Source: an uncultured Verrucomicrobiales bacterium (GTDB lineage: Bacteria; Verrucomicrobiota; Verrucomicrobiia; Limisphaerales; UBA1100). Taken from it: DNA of 49,547 bases. How positions within the stretch are numbered: position 1 is the stretch's first letter; the number at the start of each line of letters is the position of its first letter. Position numbers and translations under genes: made by a program. The DNA is taken from NCBI GenBank assembly GCA_913041895.1, contig CAJWKQ010000001.1:1-49547 (forward strand), written 5' to 3'. The notes beneath the pieces are model-generated. The model was not told the DNA's origin. It worked only from the letters and a program-made list of their open reading frames with translations, and did not search any database. Shown here piece after piece: positions 26,901 to 34,471 of the stretch.

Positions 26901-29900
26901 CTACTTGAATTGGCCCGCGCACGAGTAGCCGAAAGACCAGATGACCCTTTTTTTGCCGCGGCAAAAATCGTAAGGTCATGGATGCCTGCAGTTAGCCATA
27001 CATCCACTTGTTTGATTTCACTGGATGGAGCTAGCTGAACCTTTCCATCCACAGCCACAGCCACTAAATCACCCTTTACTCCGATACGCACCGCCCCTTC
27101 ACGCGGCTGGATCAACTTTCCGGCCCATATTGCCGCAACCGGTTTGACACCATTTTCATCCCCTTCTTCCGGGTTCCAGGATAACTCTAAAACCTCATTT
27201 GTAGTCGCCTGTGTTGTACGCGCCAATCGGGCAACTTGCGCCCAAGTCGTGTATGAGGTATGGTCCCCCTTGTAGATCATTTGTTTCATCACTCCGGACT
27301 TTTCCAAAACAGTCTGCGCGTCTTGAATTCGAGGCTGAGCTGCCAAGGTAAACCAAAAGACCCCATCATGACTGCCTAACAACCGTCCTCGTACTGGAGC
27401 ATGGTCTCCCGCATTAGGCGTATTTATTCTTATTCTCGAAATCTCATGAAGTTGCTTCATGTCAACGGTTAAAGCCTTTGGTGTTTGACCATCTGGCTCA
27501 CTCTGCCAGTAGGATTCTCGACTATGATCTATTGCCATCAACGGATTGTGGTCAATGGCACTATCGGAAGCGGAAGCACCCGCTGGAAGTTCAGCAGTCG
27601 GAATAGCTGCACGAAACTCCCCGGTATGCGGCCCGGTTTCCTTTAATTCCACCTGCACCTGATCACCACTATCCGCCCTTAATGTCACCGTTAAGAGATC
27701 TTCTTGATCTCCAAAATCCCGATCCTTATCGCGAATACGTAGAAAAATCCGGTTACCTGGCTTCACCTCATTTGCAGGCCTGCCTTGAGAAACGCGCCTG
27801 TCCTCCTCAGCTTCCTCTTTTTGTTCCCTTTCGAGCTGTTTAGTCAGAGTTTCCTCTTCTTTATCAACGATCTCACTACTGGCCACATCAAACTCCCCAT
27901 CTGCAGCCACACGAATCTCGACGTCACTTAAGGGAACAGTTCTAAACTGCTTTTTAAAATCATCTGGATAATCACTCAAAATGACATCCTTTCCAGTTAT
28001 CTGTAAAACACCATCCTCAGGAGCTACAGAACCCAATCCCGTATCTATCTCTCCTCTAAATAGCCCTTTACCTGCGCCAGAACTACTCCGCAACAAGACC
28101 TTCTCTCTATCACCCCCTGGCTTTGTCGTAACAATAACCGGAATGGTATTTTGCCCGCGGCTGACACCTAAATCTCGATCGTGAACTACAATCGATAAAG
28201 CATTTCCGGGAATATGAAGCCTTTTACTGCTTTGGCCCAATCGACCAACGGTACGTAGTAAATTTAATTGCTGAAGATACCGTTGTTCGAGCCCATATAT
28301 TTCCGACAAGCTAAAAAGAGTGCGATTGGCCAGCTCCACATCGGGCACACGTTCTAGAATATGTTGAAACTTTTCACGAGCTTCATCGCGTTGATCCTGA
28401 CGAAACGCCAATAAGCCTGTTAAAAACTCTGCTCGAATGGAAATTTGCTGATCAGGATTTTCCTCGAGCACCTTAAAAGCCTCTGCGGCTTTATCATAAA
28501 TCTTTTGCGCCATGAAAGACTCTCCAATACCAAACTTGGCCTCAATGGCATGAGGCGTCCCACTATAGCGGTTAGTTACCGTAGAATACTCTACTCGAGC
28601 CACATCAAATCGCTGCCCTTTGAAGTAACTCTTGGCCAAGAGAAGCTGTAAGCGCGCCTTTGCATCTTCACTTTGTTGTTTACTCTCGGGCTTTTCAGGA
28701 TCGGTAAACTTGATGAGCCAACCCCTCAAAATATCTTCCACAGCTGTCAAGCGCTCCTCATCCCCGCCAGTCATAAGATAGTTGCAAACGAACTCAATCA
28801 GGTCGGGCGGAAGGTCATTGCGGTGTTTTTTAAATAACTCCACATTTGACTGATATAATTCCAAAGCCTTCTCACGGTCCCCCAAACGGAGGTACAAGGC
28901 TGCCTGCAACAGAGGCGCCATCGGACTATCTTCGTCAATTGTCAAACCTACCGCACCCATTCGGGAATGTGCCCTTAAGACAGCACTACGACCTTCGCTC
29001 TTGCTTTCCTTTGATACACTAGATACATGCGCCAGTGCACCGGTCAATAATGTCGCACTCTCCATATACCTTTCCTGTTCAAACGCCTTTTGTGCATAAC
29101 TACGGAAAGTATTCCAGCGATTCTGGTCGTTATGAGTATACTTGGTAGCCCTAAAGAGGCGCTGCAAACGGGCTACAGGCAACTCCTTATCAGCACCGCC
29201 TCCCAATAAATGGTCACAAGCCGCCCATGCAGAATAATCAGAACCTCTTAAATCCTGAATAGCCTGATAGACTGAAAGCTTTTGACCATCATCCAGCTTT
29301 TTGAAATTCTTGTAGGCTGGATTATCCCCTTCTGTATAAGTCTTATTGTTTAGAGCGAACTCCCTCCAAGTCCCAGCAAATCCCCGCCAGTCCTCATTTA
29401 CAAAAGGTAAATCCGAAGCCGTCTGCTGGATCTGAGTGATAGCTCTGGAAAAACCAGCTGCATCCCCTTGTAATCGTAAAATATCAGTAGCCTTGTGAGC
29501 CGCCACTCGAAGAGTTAACTCCGGCCAGCGATTCTCTACATGTTCGCGCCATGTTGCAGGAGGATTTCCTCCGTTAACCAAAAAGCGTTCAGCACAGGTT
29601 CGCTCCTCTGACCGCCCTTGTGTAGGCATCTGGGAAATTCGCTTCCACCAGTCCAAAGCCTGTTTTTTTTGATTCAATTTCCACAATACATCGCCGGTGT
29701 AATCTGCATAAATTGAGCTCAAATCTCCCTTGATAGCCCATTGATATATCTGGTTAGCAAGATTGGCATCCTGAAGACGTTCGGCCACCTGCATTAAGTC
29801 TCGTTGAAAAGAATAATTAACCCGACCTTTGGCTGGCGGCATGCGCAAAGCTTGTTGCACAATCTTCTTGGCCTCACTTTTATCTTCATCACTGCCACCC

Positions 29901-31873
29901 ATGTATAATGATAAAAACCCGTGAGCCGCATCATGATTCTTGGGATGTTTTTGCCATAGCGTTCGAGCTATAGCGCGAGCAGTCACAGGATCCTTCTTCT
30001 TGACATAGGCAACCAGCGCATGCCTTTGAGTTCCAACTAAACGCAACTGATTCGCGGAACTCAAACTATTAAACTGCTTCAATGCTTCTGCACGAAGCGG
30101 AACGGCCTTAGCTGGATTATCTTGTGGGCGGGGATATTTCAGCAACGCCTGAACCAATGACTCTCTATTCTGAGCGGCCAACTGATCGCCCACAAACTTG
30201 GCTTTAGCACGTTGATCCTTGTTGCTCTTCATCGAAGAAACCCAGTTGCTGACATAATCCCGATAATAGGTGGTCGTCAGATAATCGCGCCGCTCTTTAA
30301 GCAGCATTGCAACATCCTTACGAAACTGATCACCATCTGGCTGACCAGTAAGTAAATCATTAATGAGGGTCTGCTGATTAGAGCTATACAAATGAGTTTC
30401 TCTGGAAACTTCACGCGCATGAGCAAGCGCTTTGGCCTCATCCTTCACGCGTTCACGGTAGAGCGTACGCGACAAGGCATAGCGCAAAGCCAGAATAGCA
30501 CCATAATTCTTAGATGCCTTAGCCTTACCGACAGCTGTATTTAAAGCACGATCGGAATCGGTCACTTGTTTGCGAAATTTAGCCTCTGCATCACGAGCTG
30601 AAGCTTGCGCCTTTTGCAACTCTTGTTGTCGCTGCTGAACCAGTTTAGTCGCCTCAACCAAAGCTGTCTGGGCAGCTTTCCTAGCCTCTGGACTACCTGC
30701 TTTATTGAAAGTATCACGCTTGGATTTTTCATCAGTCTTCGCATTTTCGAGATTCTTTTGGGCTTCAGCTTGAGCGCTCACAGCCTTGCCTCGGGCAGCA
30801 TTAGCCTCATCCACCATCCAAAGAACGTAATAGTAGGCCATATTCCCGGAATTGGCTGCGTTAGCCAAAGCTGGCTGAATCGATCCGGCAGCTAAAGTGG
30901 GGTTATTTTCACGTGCATGAGCATGGCCTACATACAAAAGAACCTCCCACCTTCGTCGATCATTTGGGAATTTAGCCGCCATACCTCGTGCTTCACTCTC
31001 GATTTGTTGAGGCTTCAAGCCTGCGTTATGCATGTATGATATTTGTGCTGCATAAAGAGCGGAATCGTCCTTAAAGCTGCGCGCCTTTCGCATACTTTCC
31101 ACTGCATTGGCCCATTGACTTTGTGAGGCGTAACTTTGCGCCATTAAATGATGCAGTTCGAACTGCTGGGTGCGGTTTAATGGCAAACGTTTTTGAATTA
31201 GTTTTTGCGCAGCTTGATTAGACTCTGCCCAACGCGAAATAGCCCTGTATTCGGTAATTGCCCTAAACCCCGCCCGTACGGTGTAGGGACTGGCTGGAAG
31301 CTTTTCCATCATGCTCCCACACAGCTCAGCCGAACGAATTCTCAAACGAGTATTCCCTTCCTGCCCGTAAAGCTCAGAAGCCCTTTCGGCGGCCTTACGG
31401 TTACCGACCCCAGGTTTGTGTTCCCACAAAAGCCGCAACACATCTGCCGCTTGGGATCGTTTACGATCACGCTCCAATCCATCAGAGACACGCAAAGCAA
31501 CATCAAGGGCTTCAGTTGAATCCGGATAACGAGTAAGATACTGCCGGCCTATGGTTATAAGCTCATCTCGTCGCCCCATGATCTCCAGCCCATCGACCAA
31601 TTTCAACATTACCTGACGATGCTGGGCGTGACGGCTTTGAGCCTTCACAAAACGCTCAGATACTCGCACCAAACCAAACACACGCCCCTCATTATAATAC
31701 AAGTCCACGAGCTCAATCATGACCTTCGCCCCCTCTACAGAGGTGTCGAGCGACTTGTTCAATTGAGCTTCAAGAGCCGTAGCCTTTTTATCGATAGCAC
31801 TCGGCTCATTCTTGTCCACAGCCATTGAAAGCAATGGCATGAGTAATAGAAAAATAGTTATTGGTTTTATCAT
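23924..31873 (-). CDS. secreted giant (2649 aa) TPR / beta-module / TPR protein
   Basis: A single uninterrupted ORF with the signal peptide MIKPITIFLLLMPLLSMA. An all-helical TPR-like region of about 1210 aa spans 31873 to ~28230. A beta-rich region of about 1160 aa (~28225-24740) contains discoidin (F5/8 type C)-like, PA14-like and CBM-like stretches plus repeated acidic modules. The C-terminal ~270 aa are YbgF/CpoB-like TPRs (LIVRQYPNHTLAADAQYKLAQCY, LAATYPKSPL, FTKKFPDD). Confidence 0.85.
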   Translation of the reverse strand: MIKPITIFLLLMPLLSMAVDKNEPSAIDKKATALEAQLNKSLDTSVEGAKVMIELVDLYYNEGRVFGLVRVSERFVKAQSRHAQHRQVMLKLVDGLEIMGRRDELITIGRQYLTRYPDSTEALDVALRVSDGLERDRKRSQAADVLRLLWEHKPGVGNRKAAERASELYGQEGNTRLRIRSAELCGSMMEKLPASPYTVRAGFRAITEYRAISRWAESNQAAQKLIQKRLPLNRTQQFELHHLMAQSYASQSQWANAVESMRKARSFKDDSALYAAQISYMHNAGLKPQQIESEARGMAAKFPNDRRRWEVLLYVGHAHARENNPTLAAGSIQPALANAANSGNMAYYYVLWMVDEANAARGKAVSAQAEAQKNLENAKTDEKSKRDTFNKAGSPEARKAAQTALVEATKLVQQRQQELQKAQASARDAEAKFRKQVTDSDRALNTAVGKAKASKNYGAILALRYALSRTLYRERVKDEAKALAHAREVSRETHLYSSNQQTLINDLLTGQPDGDQFRKDVAMLLKERRDYLTTTYYRDYVSNWVSSMKSNKDQRAKAKFVGDQLAAQNRESLVQALLKYPRPQDNPAKAVPLRAEALKQFNSLSSANQLRLVGTQRHALVAYVKKKDPVTARAIARTLWQKHPKNHDAAHGFLSLYMGGSDEDKSEAKKIVQQALRMPPAKGRVNYSFQRDLMQVAERLQDANLANQIYQWAIKGDLSSIYADYTGDVLWKLNQKKQALDWWKRISQMPTQGRSEERTCAERFLVNGGNPPATWREHVENRWPELTLRVAAHKATDILRLQGDAAGFSRAITQIQQTASDLPFVNEDWRGFAGTWREFALNNKTYTEGDNPAYKNFKKLDDGQKLSVYQAIQDLRGSDYSAWAACDHLLGGGADKELPVARLQRLFRATKYTHNDQNRWNTFRSYAQKAFEQERYMESATLLTGALAHVSSVSKESKSEGRSAVLRAHSRMGAVGLTIDEDSPMAPLLQAALYLRLGDREKALELYQSNVELFKKHRNDLPPDLIEFVCNYLMTGGDEERLTAVEDILRGWLIKFTDPEKPESKQQSEDAKARLQLLLAKSYFKGQRFDVARVEYSTVTNRYSGTPHAIEAKFGIGESFMAQKIYDKAAEAFKVLEENPDQQISIRAEFLTGLLAFRQDQRDEAREKFQHILERVPDVELANRTLFSLSEIYGLEQRYLQQLNLLRTVGRLGQSSKRLHIPGNALSIVVHDRDLGVSRGQNTIPVIVTTKPGGDREKVLLRSSSGAGKGLFRGEIDTGLGSVAPEDGVLQITGKDVILSDYPDDFKKQFRTVPLSDVEIRVAADGEFDVASSEIVDKEEETLTKQLEREQKEEAEEDRRVSQGRPANEVKPGNRIFLRIRDKDRDFGDQEDLLTVTLRADSGDQVQVELKETGPHTGEFRAAIPTAELPAGASASDSAIDHNPLMAIDHSRESYWQSEPDGQTPKALTVDMKQLHEISRIRINTPNAGDHAPVRGRLLGSHDGVFWFTLAAQPRIQDAQTVLEKSGVMKQMIYKGDHTSYTTWAQVARLARTTQATTNEVLELSWNPEEGDENGVKPVAAIWAGKLIQPREGAVRIGVKGDLVAVAVDGKVQLAPSSEIKQVDVWLTAGIHDLTIFAAAKKGSSGLSATRARANSSSAQPQLKPFNKADFDLEAAKKYFGNEPERNGSKATTLVMDLDKVELQKETEEFAAGELNKVKRVHHWQKPGDWLKWAFNAQQPGAYEVWVNSAHIEGGSLFRLEFGDQMIEATVQKTGDPHRFAWQRVGLVQVDAAGSQILTIKPLEIVGAVLMDLSGIELRPASGAGVIQRDREWEFFFKPIQLRYARFQIDEYLGDSVAVNHIEVANKNSVFIPTEVDVSKLAENKTLEIAGGDVVLASYTDETAVATKGGSRLLTQNLQATYNDARVVPIGFDFARNSGGGVAQTRKELLRVDAGDRITFEVVDYDMDQTDQRDTVPVEIWLNGNKWKNMEATETEEYSGIFRVEVETSTLEETDKLRIKPGDSIFCRYSDLQNTFPGHSVVREGVVFANEPTEGLVRIIGTSRTQPPAGSEGLPQPVYLRRMEGQEGPVGVDYFVPLTVEVIDPDAAKDSLSKVKVLINAGTTNAVEVICTLSTQFGDFSGTDEGQANPALRMGRFVGQVKMQLGGEGSPVKLPRGLGSGNGLIGRVRPAGEEEEEQNGDDLLDTVLNVNGKSILNASYQDKVRPGGEELDLSDQAVLKTNGSLSVTNEGYDEKVEILHVGEKLFVMVADPDLDISDERDFSSIVIQSESGEKESVKLNETLSHSGIFTGSFELKAREKPTPANFSEIDKEIECFFGDKITAEYSDESARDVETSGDHTIELPVAIGTDGIVSAFSKIFGNQQLAVQTQFHIAESYFELFKNNLKLERKDESQKALKAGRRILKEIMVDYPDPKYLPRIAYLSGQFSQELQDWNAAANSYALIVRQYPNHTLAADAQYKLAQCYEEANDFDRALEEYVTLAATYPKSPLIPNVMIRINEYFYKRENYAVAAKVAEKFMDRFADHEFAPKMCFRWGQCHYKAEKFAEAGVVFDLFTKKFPDDGLTAQSLFWAGESFRGANNVSFAFRRYNRCRWDFPESEAAKYARGRLALPEMLAQFESEANSIDDDN

Positions 31874-31891
31874 TTACTGTTGCATCAAAGA

Positions 31892-34267
31892 TTAAAATCC
31901 GGATTTGGCTAAAGCTTGGGAAATGCGCTTGGCTTCTGGTGCAAGTTGACTCTCAGGAAATTCATCGATCAATTGATCGAAGCGCTTACGTGCCTCAGCA
32001 CGACGGTCTAGCCGAAACAAACACCGACCGTAGTTAAAGAGAATTACATCTAGAAAATTTGCATCTGGATGGTCAGAAAGAACTTTTTCAAAAACATCGA
32101 CTGCCCGCCCATAGTCTTTCTTTTGATAATAGAAGCTGGCCATTTTTGCCACCGCATCACCCACTCTTCCGCTTTCGGGATGTTGGTCAAATACCATCTT
32201 GTAAGCCTGAAAGGCACGTTCATACATTTGCTCAGCATTTCCTCGCGCAGCCTTGGCCATATCTTCATAACATTCCCCAATTCCATACTGCCCTTCCCCG
32301 CGCAGTTGACTTTTAGTCAAACGGGTAAGATTCGTATATAAGGCAATCGCCCGGGCAAAGTCGCCTGACTTCTGTGCAACACGAGCCTGTTGCAAAATGG
32401 CCTCGTCCAAATAGATGCTTTCAGGAAATTCACGCTGCAACCTAAGGCTCATTGCGGCAGCTAGATTGAGTCGATCCATGGCGAAATAAATCCGCCATAA
32501 TTGGACATACGTTTCCTCGAGTAACCCGCCGCCAATCTTGCGCGCTTCAGCAGCAATTTCCTCGCAAACGCCCAATGCCTCCTCGTATTTCCGCTGAGCC
32601 TTATCATCCAGTCCAAAATCCCGATATTGTGTTCCTATTTGAGTCAAAGCACTGGCAGTTTTTAATTTGGTTTTTAATGCCAATTCCGCATCTCCAATTT
32701 CAGTGCGAGTCACTCGGACCCCCCCTAGATTACCTTCAACACATTTGGCTGCTGCAAACAGATCACGGGGACCAGCAGAAATATTAAGAGCATCCTGATA
32801 GCTCACCCGAATCAAATCACCAGATTGAGCCTGCAGCTTGGCATCATCATTCACAACGTTGGACTCAGACTCTACGGGTATTGTGCCACGAAAAAGTCCC
32901 GTATGAATCGTCCCATCCTTCTGCTCCTGATTAATCTCTTCAACCAAATCATCACCTAATCCTGGAGTCTTGGCTGTCTGCGCAGGAGGCTCGGCAGGAG
33001 TATCTTCAGGCTCCCTCTGTCCCGAATCTACAGGTTTAGTAATAACTTTTTCCTCAGGTTTCTTTTCGGACTCCTTCAAGATCATTTCCACTGTATCCAC
33101 GACCTTGAACGGGTCGACTTGCACTTGTTCCTCAACTGGCTCAACTCCCGGAACAACCGGTGCAACAGGTTTCTCCACTGGAGCTGGAGACACAATTGCT
33201 CCTTCTGCAATGAGTTTTGCCTTTTCTTCTTCTATTTCTACAGGAGTTTTTTGTCGGAGCACCTGCACTTTGACTTTTATAACGTCTGATTTATCACTGA
33301 CATCACGATCAGCATCGCTGACTTGAATGTTTGCTTCCTTGCCCAATACGACCCCCTGAAGTGCTTCAGAAAATGCTCCGTCCATTACCTGAACCAATGC
33401 GTTCCCGACCACAGTCACTGCTTTTTTACGATCCACATTAAAAGCACGGTCTGCTGTATGAGAGTCCACGTAATCAACCTGAACCTTAGCCGTGCCAGTC
33501 ACTTCAATGATCCCATTACCTTTTCTGGCCTTGCCTAGTCTTGTGGGGATAGAACCTAAAACCACTCGAACATTACGACCCACCGGAAGACATTCAACGG
33601 TTTCCTCATCTCCCTGAGAAGTTCGCACCTTAATGGGCACTGTTTCATTTTTTTCAAGAATCGCCAAATCAGCATCCTCGATTTTTACGAAGAAACGTTT
33701 CCCTGCCTCGAGTTTTTCGGCATTCTGATCCTTCTGCCCCACAGCAGTCCCCACTTTTTCCAAGGCTGATATCGACCGGCCATAATGACCCTGTTTGAAA
33801 TGGCCAAGACCAATATAGTAATAAGCCTCATTAACCTGTTCAGCCACGGGAAATTCTTCAATCACCTTACGCATCACCTTAAAGCATTGGCCATAGTGTC
33901 TGCCTTCAAAAAGACATACGCCCATCTTCAATGTCGCTAAAGCGCGTTGTTCGGTGTCTGTGTTTTCCTCTCCAGCAACTGTTTCAAAATGAGCGCGCGC
34001 CTTGTCATAGGCATTGCCCTTGGTTAAATGATGTTCACCAAGCTTCAGGTGCGCTTGATACCTAACCTTACTGCGCGGATAACGCTCAACCACCGATTGC
34101 CAAATCTCCAAGGCTTTCTCCTGCTCCCCCGCATCATAACGCAAATCACCTGCTTGAAGGAGCTTACGTGCTGCTCGATCCTCAACAATGGAACCTCTAA
34201 CCGGAGCTCCAGCCTGAAGACTCAATGAAAGACAAAAGGCAAAGAGAATTAAAACCCTTGAAATCAT
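31892..34267 (-). CDS. secreted TPR / beta-module / Pro-rich linker / TPR protein (first gene of the operon)
   Basis: The ORF track starts at a TTG (34372). The ATG at 34267 gives the signal peptide MISRVLILFAFCLSLSLQA. YbgF/CpoB-like TPRs occur at both ends (VVERYPRSKVRYQAHLKLG; VFDQHPESGRVGDA; LSDHPDANF; LIDEFPESQLAPEA). The centre holds beta modules and a Pro/Glu/Lys/Val-rich linker. The stop lies 18 nt before the start of the giant gene. Confidence 0.8.
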   Translation of the reverse strand: MISRVLILFAFCLSLSLQAGAPVRGSIVEDRAARKLLQAGDLRYDAGEQEKALEIWQSVVERYPRSKVRYQAHLKLGEHHLTKGNAYDKARAHFETVAGEENTDTEQRALATLKMGVCLFEGRHYGQCFKVMRKVIEEFPVAEQVNEAYYYIGLGHFKQGHYGRSISALEKVGTAVGQKDQNAEKLEAGKRFFVKIEDADLAILEKNETVPIKVRTSQGDEETVECLPVGRNVRVVLGSIPTRLGKARKGNGIIEVTGTAKVQVDYVDSHTADRAFNVDRKKAVTVVGNALVQVMDGAFSEALQGVVLGKEANIQVSDADRDVSDKSDVIKVKVQVLRQKTPVEIEEEKAKLIAEGAIVSPAPVEKPVAPVVPGVEPVEEQVQVDPFKVVDTVEMILKESEKKPEEKVITKPVDSGQREPEDTPAEPPAQTAKTPGLGDDLVEEINQEQKDGTIHTGLFRGTIPVESESNVVNDDAKLQAQSGDLIRVSYQDALNISAGPRDLFAAAKCVEGNLGGVRVTRTEIGDAELALKTKLKTASALTQIGTQYRDFGLDDKAQRKYEEALGVCEEIAAEARKIGGGLLEETYVQLWRIYFAMDRLNLAAAMSLRLQREFPESIYLDEAILQQARVAQKSGDFARAIALYTNLTRLTKSQLRGEGQYGIGECYEDMAKAARGNAEQMYERAFQAYKMVFDQHPESGRVGDAVAKMASFYYQKKDYGRAVDVFEKVLSDHPDANFLDVILFNYGRCLFRLDRRAEARKRFDQLIDEFPESQLAPEAKRISQALAKSGF

Positions 34268-34422
34268 GGCTACTTGGACGTGAAAAAATAGTCTGTTTAT
34301 CACTTTATTTACGAATAGGCGGCACCGTTTTATATGCAAACCGGGTGCGGCATTAATTCTAGCCTCAGCCAAACCAAAGGCAACCTAAACCCCCCTACTT
34401 ATTGCTGAAATATATTGAAAAT

Positions 34423-34454
34423 AAAAAGCCCCGCCTATGAAACAGCAGGGCTTT
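34423..34454 (-). terminator. intrinsic terminator after the DUF1501 gene
   Basis: The minus strand reads AAAGCCCTGCTGTTTCATAGGCGGGGCTTTTT. This gives a stem of about 11 bp (including two G-U pairs) followed by a T-run, 18 nt after the stop at 34472. It separates the DUF1549/DUF1501 unit from the TPR/ExbBD operon. Confidence 0.8.
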
Positions 34455-34471
34455 AAAGACGGAGTATAATT

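Noticed and set aside
34268-34372. TTG-initiated 35-codon extension of the first TPR gene
   Set aside because: The ATG at 34267 is followed immediately by a classical Sec signal peptide. The extension has no signal-like or TPR character.
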